Source: Alphaproteobacteria bacterium UBA830 | Lineage (GTDB): Bacteria > Pseudomonadota > Alphaproteobacteria > MPNO01 > UBA830 | Length of the DNA stretch: 64,000 bases | NCBI GenBank assembly: GCA_002295635.1 | Contig: DBHK01000027.1 | Coordinates: 5,920-69,919, forward strand | Direction: 5' to 3' | Shown here: positions 49,594 to 60,014 of the stretch, in pieces | How the letters are laid out: the number at the start of each line of letters is the position of its first letter | Numbering within the stretch: position 1 is the stretch's first letter | Position numbers and translations under genes: made by a program | The notes under the pieces: generated by a model | The model's input: the letters and a program-made list of their open reading frames with translations, nothing else | Database searches by the model: none | Told to the model about the DNA's origin: nothing

Positions 49594-50454
49594 CTATATC
49601 CCCTCAAATCCGGTTAGGGCGATCACGTCTTCCGGACTGTAGCCGCGCTCGCGAAGTGAACGGATAGTCATGTCTTGGTCGCGTTTTGCCAGGCGACGCC
49701 CCTTCATATCGCGAATTAAGTGATGATGGTTATATGTCGGAGAACTGTAGCCGAGTAGCTCTTGTAACAGGCGGTGTATGTCCGTAGAGGGTGCCAGATC
49801 TACACCGCGAGTTACCATCGTGATGCCTTGTATATGATCGTCCACCGTGACCGCGAGGTGATAGCTGGTCCTTATATCTTTCCGCGCCAAGACGATATCA
49901 CCAAAAAGCTCGGGCTTTGCGTTTACGAGGCTCTGATTTTCATCATTCCAATCTATTGGACCAGCGTTTGTAGCCGCGCCGTGCATATCGAGGCGATATA
50001 CATGGGGATCGCCTAATTGCATGCGGTTTAGGCGGTTTTCGTTGGATAGATGTCTACAGGTGCCGGGGTAAATTGGTCCGTCGGGGCCGTGCGGCGCACA
50101 GCTAGATTTTTCAATCTCGGTCTTTATTTCAGAGCGAGTGCAAAAGCAAGGATACAGCAGCCCCTGCATTTCAATTCTGTGCAGGGCGTTATCATAATCG
50201 CCCATGTGTTCAGATTGTTTTCGGACTGGCGTTTCCCAGCCGAGTCCCAGCCATTTTAGGTCTTCAAAAATGGCGTCAGTGAACTCCGGTTTGCATCGCA
50301 ATGGATCAATGTCTTCGATCCGCAGGTGAAAGGTGCCGTTTATTCCCCGCGCATTAAATGCCGTCAGGGCAGAAAAAGCATGCCCCACATGAAGGTACCC
50401 CGTGGGGCTTGGTGCAAATCGAGTGATCTGCCCACCTGTTCTAGACTTTACCAT
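49594..50454 (-). CDS. gluQ: Glutamyl-Q tRNA(Asp) synthetase (truncated GluRS paralogue)
   Basis: 286 aa. RFAPSPTGYLHVGHAFSAL class-I HIGH region. No anticodon-binding domain. Confidence 0.8.
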   Translation of the reverse strand: MVKSRTGGQITRFAPSPTGYLHVGHAFSALTAFNARGINGTFHLRIEDIDPLRCKPEFTDAIFEDLKWLGLGWETPVRKQSEHMGDYDNALHRIEMQGLLYPCFCTRSEIKTEIEKSSCAPHGPDGPIYPGTCRHLSNENRLNRMQLGDPHVYRLDMHGAATNAGPIDWNDENQSLVNAKPELFGDIVLARKDIRTSYHLAVTVDDHIQGITMVTRGVDLAPSTDIHRLLQELLGYSSPTYNHHHLIRDMKGRRLAKRDQDMTIRSLRERGYSPEDVIALTGFEGI

Positions 50455-50543
50455 GCAATCACTCCTGTGAGATAGAGACAGGGTTTCAAACCAGCTGACG
50501 TGCTAATCGATAAATTTACGTTGGCTGTTCCGATAGGGCTCCT

Positions 50544-51203
50544 ATGACGAAACGACTTACAACCGAGGCCTTTAATGAAGCGTTGATTATACTTGCACAG
50601 CGTGACGCAGATCTTGGAAAGATTATCAAAGAATTTGATAATCCACCAATGTTGCGTCGGTCCGGTGGTTTCCGAACGCTGGTTTTATTGATCCTCGAGC
50701 AGCAGGTTTCGGTATCATCTGCCCGCGCTACTTTTGATCGATTAATTATGATTGCTGGCAAGTTGACACCTCGTCGGGCGATAGAACTGAGTGATGAGGA
50801 GTTTCGTGGATCCGGGATTAGTCGCCAGAAAACTCGGTATATTCGGCACCTTTCACATTGCCTTCTTGATAAGACTTTACGCATCCAGAGACTGCCCTAT
50901 CTAGACGATGATAGCGTTCGCGAACAACTCACGCAGGTAAAAGGGATCGGGTCTTGGACTGCCGAAGTTTATCTACTTATGTGCCTACAACGTCCAGACG
51001 TGTGGCCGGTCGGTGATATAGCTTTACAGGCTGCGGCACATGAAATCAAAGGCCTTCAGATGCGGCCTGGTCCTCAAGAGTTGATGAATATAGGTGACCG
51101 TTGGCGTCCTTGGCGTGGCGTAGCTGCAAGAATTCTCTGGCATCACTATCTGAATTCTCCGAGACTGAGTAAACCGCGTACTAAGCGATATCGAGACTTA
51201 TAG
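50544..51203 (+). CDS. HhH-GPD DNA glycosylase (AlkA / 3-methyladenine glycosylase II-like)
   Basis: GIGSWTAEVYLLMCL helix-hairpin-helix and a downstream catalytic Asp (PVGD). Confidence 0.8.
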   Translation: MTKRLTTEAFNEALIILAQRDADLGKIIKEFDNPPMLRRSGGFRTLVLLILEQQVSVSSARATFDRLIMIAGKLTPRRAIELSDEEFRGSGISRQKTRYIRHLSHCLLDKTLRIQRLPYLDDDSVREQLTQVKGIGSWTAEVYLLMCLQRPDVWPVGDIALQAAAHEIKGLQMRPGPQELMNIGDRWRPWRGVAARILWHHYLNSPRLSKPRTKRYRDL

Positions 51204-51225
51204 TGAAATAGATACGGAATTCGTT

Positions 51226-51888
51226 ATGACCAAACTTCCTGAGCTTTCTGGCCCTGAAACCCCACCCCTCTCCGGCGGCTCCGCAAAAAAGCTAATTATA
51301 TTTGTTCACGGTTATGGCGCCGACGGAAATGATTTGATTGCGCTTAGCCAACATTTTGGCCATGTCGTGCCCGACGCGGCGTTCATCTCACCAAACGCTC
51401 CTTATCGCTGTGATGGGTCACCTTTCGGATATCAATGGTATGACGTTTGGATGCAAGACAGCGATGAGAGACTAAGGGCAATCCGGTCGACTGCTGCGAT
51501 TTTTGATAATTTTATCGATGAGCAACTCAAGCGACACGAACTTGCGGAAAAAGACCTTGTGCTGATCGGTTTTTCGCAGGGTACGATGATTTCGCTGTTC
51601 ACAGCGCCACGCCGTGCAAACCCAGTGGCGGGTTTGATTGGCTACTCGGGGCGAATGGAAGCACCGGAGCTAATGGAGGCTGAGATCTGTTCAAAACCGC
51701 CGGTGGTTATGGTGCACGGTGACTCCGACGAACTACTAGCGGTCTCGGAAATGGAAACCGCGGCGGCGACGCTCCGGGAGAATGGCGTGTCGATTGATAC
51801 ATATGTGCGGCCCGGTCTCGGCCACGGGATCGACGAGGAGGGTATTCAGATTGGTGTGGAATTTGTGAAGAATGTGTTAGGTAGTTGA
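51226..51888 (+). CDS. Phospholipase/carboxylesterase-family alpha/beta hydrolase
   Basis: FVHGYGADGND ... GFSQGTM nucleophile elbow ... GHGI. Confidence 0.8.
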   Translation: MTKLPELSGPETPPLSGGSAKKLIIFVHGYGADGNDLIALSQHFGHVVPDAAFISPNAPYRCDGSPFGYQWYDVWMQDSDERLRAIRSTAAIFDNFIDEQLKRHELAEKDLVLIGFSQGTMISLFTAPRRANPVAGLIGYSGRMEAPELMEAEICSKPPVVMVHGDSDELLAVSEMETAAATLRENGVSIDTYVRPGLGHGIDEEGIQIGVEFVKNVLGS

Positions 51889-52018
51889 TATACAAGGACT
51901 ACAAACATTTGGGCCATAATCAGATTTCACAAAACCTTTACATTATGCCGGTTGCTCCGAGAATCATGGAGGGATAGGCTATTCTGATTGTGAGCGATTA
52001 TCGAACTTCTAGTGCACA

Positions 52019-52603
52019 ATGCAGGCTGGACCGGTGGAGAAAAGCCGCGTGAGGGGGGAGTCGCCCGCCCTAGTTCTTAACGCTGATTTCCGGCCACTCA
52101 GTTATTTTCCTCTTTCAATTTGGTGCTGGCAGGACACTATAAAGGCAGTCTTTCTTGATCGAGTAAATATCGTTTCAGAATATGAAGACGAAGTTCATTC
52201 TCCGACACTTTCAATTCGTCTTCCAAGTGTGATCGCACTGAAGCAATATGTACCGCTGTCGCGGCGACCAGCGTTCACCCGGTTCAATGTCTTTCTACGC
52301 GACCATTTTTTGTGCCAGTACTGTGGTTATGCTCCGGGCACATCTGAGCTAACATTCGATCACGTGATACCGAAGTCACGTGGCGGTCATACTGCGTGGG
52401 ATAACGTAGTCGCTGCATGTTCCGAATGTAATTTAGTAAAGGGAAATAAGATGCCGAGAGACTGCGGGATGACTCCGGCGGCCCCGCCAATGGAGCCAAC
52501 CAATTATCAACTCCAGACTAATGGTCGGTCATTTCCTCCGAATTACCTGCATGAAAGCTGGCGTGATTTCCTTTATTGGGACAGCGAATTAGACCAGAAC
52601 TGA
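52019..52603 (+). CDS. HNH endonuclease family protein (standalone)
   Basis: CQYCGY...FDHVIPKSRGG...NVVAACSECNLVKGN. Confidence 0.8.
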   Translation: MQAGPVEKSRVRGESPALVLNADFRPLSYFPLSIWCWQDTIKAVFLDRVNIVSEYEDEVHSPTLSIRLPSVIALKQYVPLSRRPAFTRFNVFLRDHFLCQYCGYAPGTSELTFDHVIPKSRGGHTAWDNVVAACSECNLVKGNKMPRDCGMTPAAPPMEPTNYQLQTNGRSFPPNYLHESWRDFLYWDSELDQN

Positions 52604-52720
52604 ACCTTCTCTTCGGAACCGGTATTCAAGATTAAGAATTTGTAACCTTGCGGACATTAGGCCGTAACGCTGTCATCCATATATTGGACACATAAGGTAA
52701 CCGCCTACAGGAGTTTAGAG

Positions 52721-53932
52721 ATGCCGCAATCCAGAAGACTTATATCCTTAAAATCACTAATTATAATATTTGCTGTGGCAATGACCGCAGCTGCTATTGG
52801 TGTGTTTGCGAGTAAAGGCCTGTCCGCCTCAAATACGGTTAAAGAGCGCACAAACAATATCTCAACGATTGCCCTACCGGGCAGCTTCTCTGTGATAATC
52901 GACAGGGTCGGCCCGGCGGTCGTTTCTATCCGAGTAACCCGTAAGGTGCCTCAGACTACAGAGATACCGGAGCCATTTAAACGCTTTTTTGGTGACAATT
53001 TCGGTTTCCAATTCGGTAAACCTGGGCAGCTCAGGCCGCATCCGTTACCTAGCGTCCAAGGCATAGGATCGGGATTTTTTATCGATGATGACGGACATAT
53101 TGTGACAAATAATCATGTTGTCGGAGATGCTGAGAAAATTGAAGTCACTCTAAAAGACGGTAAAACCTACCAAGCAAAACTTGTAGGCCGCGATCGCAAG
53201 ACCGACCTTGCTTTATTAAAAGTTGATGCACGAAAAAAGTTTCCGTTTGTCAGGTTTGGAATATCGGCAAAAACAAAGGTTGGGGATTGGGTAATTGCTC
53301 TTGGTAGCCCGTTCGGACTTGGCCACACGGCGACGACTGGTATTGTCTCAGCGAGAGGGCGTGATATTGGTTCTGGCCCCTATGACGACTTCCTTCAGAT
53401 TGATGCTCCAATAAACAGGGGAAATTCCGGAGGCCCTACCTTTAATGTTAGCGGTGAGGTGATTGGTGTGAATACCGCGATTATTTCGCCCACCGGGGTG
53501 AGTGCGGGGATCGGTTTTGCGGTACCTTCGGACATGGCTAAATCAGTGATTGCGCAGCTGAGGGAAAAAGGCGCTGTTTCGCGCGGCTGGCTGGGTGTGG
53601 AAATCCAACAGGTCACAGAAGATCTGGCCGCAGGCCTCAGAATGAAAAAGCCTGAAGGTGCTCTCATTTCTAATGTGAGTAAGGGAAGCCCGGCCGAGCG
53701 TGCTGGGTTGAACGTCGGGGACGTGATAGTCGCGGTGAATGACGAGCGGATCGAAAAAATGCGCGAGCTACCGAGGCGGATTGCCGGCCTGATAAATGGG
53801 AGGATCACCAAATTCGGGATATTTCGCGATGGTAAAGAACGCATAATAAAGGTGATCATTGGCAGAATGCCTACCACCAAAAAGATTGCATCCGTCAACC
53901 GGGGGAATCTGGAAAGCCGGAGCTTGGTATGA
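52721..53932 (+). CDS. DegP/HtrA-family periplasmic serine protease (protease domain plus PDZ1), interrupted by a frameshift before PDZ2
   Basis: N-terminal signal/TM segment. Catalytic residues in HVVGDAE (His), DLALLKV (Asp) and GNSGGP (Ser). PDZ1 follows. Confidence 0.8.
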   Translation: MPQSRRLISLKSLIIIFAVAMTAAAIGVFASKGLSASNTVKERTNNISTIALPGSFSVIIDRVGPAVVSIRVTRKVPQTTEIPEPFKRFFGDNFGFQFGKPGQLRPHPLPSVQGIGSGFFIDDDGHIVTNNHVVGDAEKIEVTLKDGKTYQAKLVGRDRKTDLALLKVDARKKFPFVRFGISAKTKVGDWVIALGSPFGLGHTATTGIVSARGRDIGSGPYDDFLQIDAPINRGNSGGPTFNVSGEVIGVNTAIISPTGVSAGIGFAVPSDMAKSVIAQLREKGAVSRGWLGVEIQQVTEDLAAGLRMKKPEGALISNVSKGSPAERAGLNVGDVIVAVNDERIEKMRELPRRIAGLINGRITKFGIFRDGKERIIKVIIGRMPTTKKIASVNRGNLESRSLV

Positions 53933-54225
53933 CGCTTACGGCGATCAGTGAGAGCCTGCGAGCACGCCGTAATGTCGGTCAGGACGTAGATAGCGTCATC
54001 GTTAACGTGGATGATTCAGACAGCTTTACAGCAGCGACTGGTATCCGACCGGGTGATGTATTACGCCGCATTGATGGCGACGAGTCCTCTGTCCCTTCAG
54101 AATCATACGGTCTACTTGATGCGCCGATTGCAGAGGCACAGAAACGACAAACAACAATGATTCTTCTTCTCGTTCAACGTATGGAAAAGGACCGCTATTT
54201 CGCGCCCCCACTGCAAGACACCTGA
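53929..54225 (+). CDS. PDZ2-domain fragment of the same DegP-like gene (shifted frame)
   Basis: LGMTLTAISESLRARRNV...GIRPGDVLRRIDGD is a typical second PDZ domain. Its frame is open back to 53836. Confidence 0.6.
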   Translation: MTLTAISESLRARRNVGQDVDSVIVNVDDSDSFTAATGIRPGDVLRRIDGDESSVPSESYGLLDAPIAEAQKRQTTMILLLVQRMEKDRYFAPPLQDT

Positions 54226-54369
54226 TTTGATCTGTTAACCCGTACGTGGTGAAACCAATGCTCAAGATCCCCAACGTAACTTTTTTCCAGGGAGATTTAA
54301 CCTTGAACCATTAAAATAGCCCTCACGGTATTTTATAAGTAATTTTTGGGCCCAAAAAGGGGAGAAGAT

Positions 54370-55266
54370 ATGTCATTGAAAACGGTTGCTATCCTCAGTC
54401 CCGGCGATATGGGTGAAGGTGTAGGGGCTTCGATTAAAGAACAAAATGTAAATGTCATTACCGTCCTGACTGGGCGTAGCGAGGAAACTCGTAAGAGGTC
54501 AGCGAGGGCTGGCTTCCAGGATATTGTCGATCTAGACGCCCTTGTAACGGCAGCGGATCTGGTGATGTCTATAATGCCGCCAGAATATGCGGAGGCGACT
54601 GCGTCCGATGTGGCTTCTGCAATGAGGCGGACCAGAAAAACACCTCCTTTTGCCGACATGAACGCTATTGCCCCGACGACATCGAAGCGCATCGCTGCCG
54701 CTATGAAAAATGTGGGCGCTAACTTCATAGACGGCGGTATTATAGGTTTGCCACCGCTAAAGAGTGGCACACCCACTAAATTATATGTATCCGGCCCCGA
54801 AGCGTCGCTGCTCGATGAACTCGATGGAAACGGCAAGGCCGTGATACAGCTTGGAGATAAGATTGGTCACGCCTCGGCGGTTAAGATGGTCTACGCGTCC
54901 ATCACGAAAGGTACGGACTCTTTGTTGACAGCCGCATACACAGCGGCAGAGGCGCTGGGTGTCCGAGAAATTTTGGAGGACGAATGGGAAAAAAGTCAGC
55001 CGGATGCTCTTGCTCGGATGGGTCGCCGAATTCCTGTTTTACCGGCTGATGCTGCGCGCTGGATAGGTGAAATGGAACAGATTTCAGAGACCTTTGCCTC
55101 TGTTGGGGTAACGCCAAATTACCACAAGGGAGCGGCGGAAATGTATCGTTTGCTGGACTTAACGCCGTTTGCCCGGGAGAGCCGGGAGACAATAGATAAA
55201 ACACGGACCATGCAGGAGGCGGTGAGGGTCTATGTTGAGTATCTCAATAAAAACAAATCCCAGTAA
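54370..55266 (+). CDS. NAD(P)-binding 6-phosphogluconate-dehydrogenase-like protein (DUF1932 type)
   Basis: Start at MSLKTVAILSPGDMG (GGGAGA SD upstream). Rossmann fold followed by a helical C-terminal domain. Confidence 0.6.
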   Translation: MSLKTVAILSPGDMGEGVGASIKEQNVNVITVLTGRSEETRKRSARAGFQDIVDLDALVTAADLVMSIMPPEYAEATASDVASAMRRTRKTPPFADMNAIAPTTSKRIAAAMKNVGANFIDGGIIGLPPLKSGTPTKLYVSGPEASLLDELDGNGKAVIQLGDKIGHASAVKMVYASITKGTDSLLTAAYTAAEALGVREILEDEWEKSQPDALARMGRRIPVLPADAARWIGEMEQISETFASVGVTPNYHKGAAEMYRLLDLTPFARESRETIDKTRTMQEAVRVYVEYLNKNKSQ

Positions 55267-55342
55267 TAGAAAATCTGTTCTAGGTCGGGCACCGTATTCG
55301 CTTCTATAAATCGTCATAATTGTATAACGGGGAGAGGAGGCT

Positions 55343-56125
55343 ATGGCCGCCGATCTATATGTCGGCGAAGTAATGCATCGGCGATCACGGCCGAAGGCAT
55401 ACACCTTCGTCTATCGAGTCTTTAATATTTTAGTGGATATAGACACCTTGGAAAAGGACGCGCGAGCGCGGCGCCTCTTTTCATATAATCGGTTCAACCT
55501 ATTTTCTTTCTTCGACCGTGATCATGGCGCCCGAGACGGATCGACACTACGCCCTTGGGTAGAGAATCATCTGGCTGCCGCAGGTTTGAGCCACGCATCT
55601 GCAAATATCAGATTGCTGTGCATGCCCCGGGTGCTCGGTTACGGGTTCGACCCTCTCTCAATCTACTACTGCAGCGATGATGCCGGTCAACTCGCGGCCA
55701 TTTTGTATGAGGTAAAAAATACGTTCGGCGACCAGCACGGATATCTGTTTGGGGTGGATAACAGTATCAAGGTTCCTCAGAAACATGTCGCTAATAAGGT
55801 TTTGCACGTGTCGCCATTAATCTCCATGAACGCACGTTATCAGCTTCGAACACAGTTGCCAGATGATAAGCTTGCTGTACTTATCCAGGAGTCGGATGAG
55901 GCGGGTGAATTTCTGGTGGCCTCCCTGACAGGGGAACGGCGGGATATGACCGACGGAGCTATGCTGAGTTGGTTTTTCAAAATTCCTTTGCTGACATTCA
56001 AGATAATTCTTGCGATTCATTTCGAGGCTATTCGGCTGATGTTGCGGGGTGTGAAGTATACAAAAAGGCCAGAACCGCCAGCACAGGATGTATCTCTGCC
56101 ACCCTCCCGAAGAGATATTGTTTAA
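55343..56125 (+). CDS. DUF1365-family protein (companion of cyclopropane-fatty-acyl-phospholipid-synthase-like methyltransferases)
   Basis: LYVGEVMHRRSRPKAYTFVYRVFNILVDIDTLEK matches the family N-terminus as recalled. TAATG overlap with the next gene. Confidence 0.7.
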   Translation: MAADLYVGEVMHRRSRPKAYTFVYRVFNILVDIDTLEKDARARRLFSYNRFNLFSFFDRDHGARDGSTLRPWVENHLAAAGLSHASANIRLLCMPRVLGYGFDPLSIYYCSDDAGQLAAILYEVKNTFGDQHGYLFGVDNSIKVPQKHVANKVLHVSPLISMNARYQLRTQLPDDKLAVLIQESDEAGEFLVASLTGERRDMTDGAMLSWFFKIPLLTFKIILAIHFEAIRLMLRGVKYTKRPEPPAQDVSLPPSRRDIV

Positions 56126-57306
56126 TGGGGACAAGTATCCGACTGGACGGCCGGTTGCGTGTGGGTTCTCTTGAGATTGAGCTCCCGAACAGTATATTTG
56201 TCTGCTTGACCGGTAAGGAAGATGGTCCGATAGCACGTCTTAAGCTAAATCGTTGGCGTGCCCTGACTAGGTTTCTCAGTGGTGGGACGGTTTCATTCGG
56301 CGAAGCCTTTATGGACGGTGACTGGGAATCTCCGAATCTGGCTAATGTGATCGAACTCGCAGCGCGCAATCTTCCGAGCAAACCAATGATGTTTCGTTCT
56401 CTATCACCGTGGCGCATAGGGGATCGAATTAAACACGTGGTACGACCAAATACCCCGGAGGGATCTCGAGAAAACGTCGCCGCGCATTACGACCTCGGCA
56501 ATGATTTCTATGCCGAATGGCTCGATCCCAGTATGACCTATTCATCTGCAATTTTTAAAGATGAGAATGCAGATCTGGAGAATGCCCAGACAGAAAAGAA
56601 CCGGCGACTGCTCGATCTCGCGATGGTAAAATCAGGAGATCGGGTGCTTGAACTCGGCTGTGGGTGGGGTGGTTTTGCTATTCAGGCGGCCCGGGATCGG
56701 GGAGTGCACGTCACTGGAATCACTGCTAGCAGGGCCCAGTTTGAAGAGGCCCGTCGGCGCGTTCAGATTGCAGGTTTGACCGAGCGTATTGATATTCAGC
56801 TGTGTGACTATCGTGATCTTAATGGCGAATGGGACCACGCGGTTTCCATCGAAATGATCGAAGCCGTTGGCGAAAAATATTGGGATACATACTTTGAGCG
56901 GGTAGCCGCCAGCGTTAAACTTGGCGGGACCTTTGCTCTACAGGCAATCGTGATTGATCACAACCGTTTTGATGCCTATCGTAAAAGCGCGGATTTTTTA
57001 CAGAAGCATATATTTCCGGGCGGGGCTTTGTTGAGCCCTGATGTGATGAAGGATAGGGCTACTTCCGCAGGGTTCTCGTGGAGAACCTCTAGAGGGTATG
57101 GATTAGATTACGCTACTACCCTGAGCCACTGGCGAAGACGCTTCGAGGATGCCTCAGAAAAAGTTGCAGCTCTCGGATTTGATGACAGGTTCCAGCGTTG
57201 TTGGTCATTTTATTTGTCCTATTGTGAAGGCGGGTTCCGGGCTGGAAATATAGATGTACTCCAAGTAGCCTTGGTTAGGGGTTCCAAAATTATTGGCTCT
57301 CATTAG
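56126..57306 (+). CDS. Cyclopropane-fatty-acyl-phospholipid synthase-family SAM-dependent methyltransferase
   Basis: VLELGCGWGGFA SAM motif and a CFA-synthase-like C-terminus (SFYLSYCEGGF). Confidence 0.85.
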
Positions 57307-58079
57307 CTTTTCTTTTTTGTAAGCCGATCCATTAAGGGCAAGTACAAGGCGTAGGGAAGGTGGCGTAATAACTTAACCGCCCAAGTGAACCGCTTGGGAA
57401 ATGTTACTTCAAAACGTCCACTTTTGAGGCCTTGGTAAAATGCCTCTGCAGCTTTGTCGACAGGCATTAGCGCCGGCATTCGGAAATCGTTCTTGTCTGT
57501 TAGAGGCGTTTCGATGAAGCCCGGATTAACGACCTGAACTTTCACACCGTAATCTCCGAGTTCCATGTGGAGCGCTTCGCACATATTGATCAGCGCCGCC
57601 TTGGTCGCGCCATATGCTGACGCAGTCCTCAAGCCTCGATACCCGGAAACGGATCCGACGACTGCAATATGCCCTGATCCACGGTCTACCATACTGGGAA
57701 TCACGGCATCTAGAACACGAATCACACCCATCCAGTTAATGTCGATCTGTTTCGAAAATACTTCCTTGGAAAAGATAGAGCCGTCTATCGGAATGTAGGT
57801 ACCAGCATTAAGAACGCAAAGATCAGGCTCGCCTTTATTGGCGACTAAATTTTTGTACGCCTTATTAACCCCGGCGGTATCGGTGACGTCGAGAGGAAGC
57901 GGAATGATGCTACCGGGATAGTCCTTCACCTCATTTGCTAGAGTGGCTAATTTTCTTTCCCCCCGGGCACTAGCGAAAACGACGGACCCTGACTTGGCTA
58001 GACGAAGCGCCAAGGCGCGACCAATCCCCGTGCTCGCGCCCGTGATCCATACTACGTTAAAATCAGCGTCTCCAACCAT
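57303..58079 (-). CDS. SDR-family oxidoreductase
   Basis: ITGASTGIGRALA ... YGATKAA. Confidence 0.85.
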   Translation of the reverse strand: MVGDADFNVVWITGASTGIGRALALRLAKSGSVVFASARGERKLATLANEVKDYPGSIIPLPLDVTDTAGVNKAYKNLVANKGEPDLCVLNAGTYIPIDGSIFSKEVFSKQIDINWMGVIRVLDAVIPSMVDRGSGHIAVVGSVSGYRGLRTASAYGATKAALINMCEALHMELGDYGVKVQVVNPGFIETPLTDKNDFRMPALMPVDKAAEAFYQGLKSGRFEVTFPKRFTWAVKLLRHLPYALYLPLMDRLTKKKS

Positions 58080-58143
58080 GTCCGATCATACGCTATAAGC
58101 CTAGGAATAGATCAACCCTCGCCTGCTTACTCTGTGATATCTT

Positions 58144-58494
58144 ATGTTCATGATGAGCGAGCCGCGTCTTAAGACCGATATATGGATACGAGCGCAAATT
58201 CGCTTGTGTGATATCAATTTTATTCCTGCGGTTGTAACTCGTCGGGGAGACAGCGACGCAGGGCAGGTTTTGATAAATCTTAACCGTCTCAACGGTACGT
58301 TTGAGCTATTTGCCAGAACTTCGACTCTCGACGGTACGCCGGCTTGGCGAAGCGTAACTGGCGGAAACCCCATGGATGAAAAAGCCGCTCTCACATTTAT
58401 CGAGCGCGAAGCGAACGTCGATCCTGATATATGGGTCCTTGAGATTGAGGATAGGGACCGGAAATACCAGCTCGATGGACCGGTTATCGTCTGA
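58144..58494 (+). CDS. DUF1491-family protein
   Basis: EPRLKTDIWIRAQIRLCDINFIPAVVTRRGDSDAGQVLINL is a conserved alphaproteobacterial family. Confidence 0.6.
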   Translation: MFMMSEPRLKTDIWIRAQIRLCDINFIPAVVTRRGDSDAGQVLINLNRLNGTFELFARTSTLDGTPAWRSVTGGNPMDEKAALTFIEREANVDPDIWVLEIEDRDRKYQLDGPVIV

Positions 58495-58571
58495 AGTTTC
58501 GTCAGTCTCTGTATTGGGCCCAACCCGCCTATGCTGTTTCCCTCATATCATGGTAGCAGATTTGAGTTTTC

Positions 58572-60014
58572 TTAATCCGGCTCTATGTCGGGGGACGCGA
58601 CCGGGGATCCTGTTCTGATTGCTATCGTCTTATTTGCGGTCATTTCCCACAGCGTGCATGGAACATTTCCCATTCCCAGACCTGACTGTCGCAATCCCGC
58701 GAGAGGCATCCAGTCAGCACGGAACGCTGAGTGGTCGTTTATCATCACCGCCGATGCATCGAGTTGATTACTTATCTCCATCGCCAATTTGACGTCTCGA
58801 GTAAATACAGCGGCCTGAAATGCTGTTGGAAGGGCATTAGCCCGGTTAACAGCATCTTCAGTATTAAACCATGGGTCGATACAGACAACGGGCCCGAATG
58901 CCTCTTCGGTCATGAGACGGCAATCGCTTGGAGGGTTGAAGATTACGGTCGGTGCATAAATTGTCTCCGATAATTGCTCGCCACCGGTCAATAGCTGTCC
59001 GCCTCCGTTGACCGCCTCCGTTACCCATTCATGTATTCTGCTCACCTCCTCCGGGTGGATCAGTGGGCCGACCTCCGTTTCCGGGTTCATCGGATTGCCG
59101 AGCCGAAGTCCCGCCGCTTTCATTGCGAGCTGGGTAGAAAATCGTGTGGCGACGTTGGTATGAGCGAATATACGCTGAACGGATTCACCCGCCTGACCGG
59201 CATGGTAAAAGCATCCCTTCAAGATTGCCTCACTAACCTCGTAAATGTCGGTGTCGCCGGTCATAATAACTGGGGCCGCACCGCCGTGTTTTAGCGCACA
59301 TCGGGCGCCAGGCGTGAGTTTGGAACGTAGAGACCAGCCCACACCAGCGCTGCCAACAAAGCTAAGGAAGCCGACGCGATGGTCCGTCGCTAGCCTTTCC
59401 GTCAATCCGTGGTCTGAAGTTACGATTGCTTGTGCCCAATCTTTTGGCAATCCGGCGTCATACAGTATTTCTAAAAAGGCTAGGCATGATAGCGGTGTCG
59501 AGGCTGCTGGTTTGACGATTACCGGACATCCCGCGGCCACCGCCGGTGCGACCTGATGCACGATAAGATTAATTGGGTGATTAAATGCACTGATCGCAAC
59601 CACGACTCCAAGGGGTTCCGTCCGGGTAAATGCTGTATGATGCTCTGTAGCCGGAGTCAGGCCGGCCGGCATTGATTGGCCATGATGACTACGTAGCGCG
59701 GCGATAACGCTTTTTATCGTATCAATCGAGCGAACTACTTCGACCCTTGTATCGATCAAGGGCTTACCCCCCTCAAGCACGGCAACTTTAGTAAGTTGAT
59801 CGAACCGTTTTTCCATAAGCAGGGCACAATGTTCCAGAATATCAATGCGTTGGTGTAGTGGTAACCAAGTATCACGCTGCCGGAATAACGCGTACGACGC
59901 CTCGAGGAGGGCGTCGATATCATCGGCAGTTTGTTCTGAAATGCTATCGACTGGGGTCAAATCGAAAGGGTTTAGGACAGTCAAAGTTTGTGGAGCCATA
60001 TCGGAGTATGTCAT
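58572..60014 (-). CDS. Aldehyde dehydrogenase-superfamily protein with both catalytic residues substituted (Glu to Lys, Cys to Gly)
   Basis: Overall ALDH fold motifs are present. The Glu signature reads ALKHGGAAP where xELGGKSP is expected. The Cys signature reads FYHAGQAGESVQR where xxxxGQxCxAxxR is expected. Confidence 0.75.
   Translation of the reverse strand: MTYSDMAPQTLTVLNPFDLTPVDSISEQTADDIDALLEASYALFRQRDTWLPLHQRIDILEHCALLMEKRFDQLTKVAVLEGGKPLIDTRVEVVRSIDTIKSVIAALRSHHGQSMPAGLTPATEHHTAFTRTEPLGVVVAISAFNHPINLIVHQVAPAVAAGCPVIVKPAASTPLSCLAFLEILYDAGLPKDWAQAIVTSDHGLTERLATDHRVGFLSFVGSAGVGWSLRSKLTPGARCALKHGGAAPVIMTGDTDIYEVSEAILKGCFYHAGQAGESVQRIFAHTNVATRFSTQLAMKAAGLRLGNPMNPETEVGPLIHPEEVSRIHEWVTEAVNGGGQLLTGGEQLSETIYAPTVIFNPPSDCRLMTEEAFGPVVCIDPWFNTEDAVNRANALPTAFQAAVFTRDVKLAMEISNQLDASAVMINDHSAFRADWMPLAGLRQSGLGMGNVPCTLWEMTANKTIAIRTGSPVASPDIEPD

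Noticed and set aside
52019-52603. HNH endonuclease as part of a restriction or defence system
   Set aside because: No methyltransferase, helicase or nuclease partner, and no island context. Standalone HNH proteins of this length are widespread and probably housekeeping.
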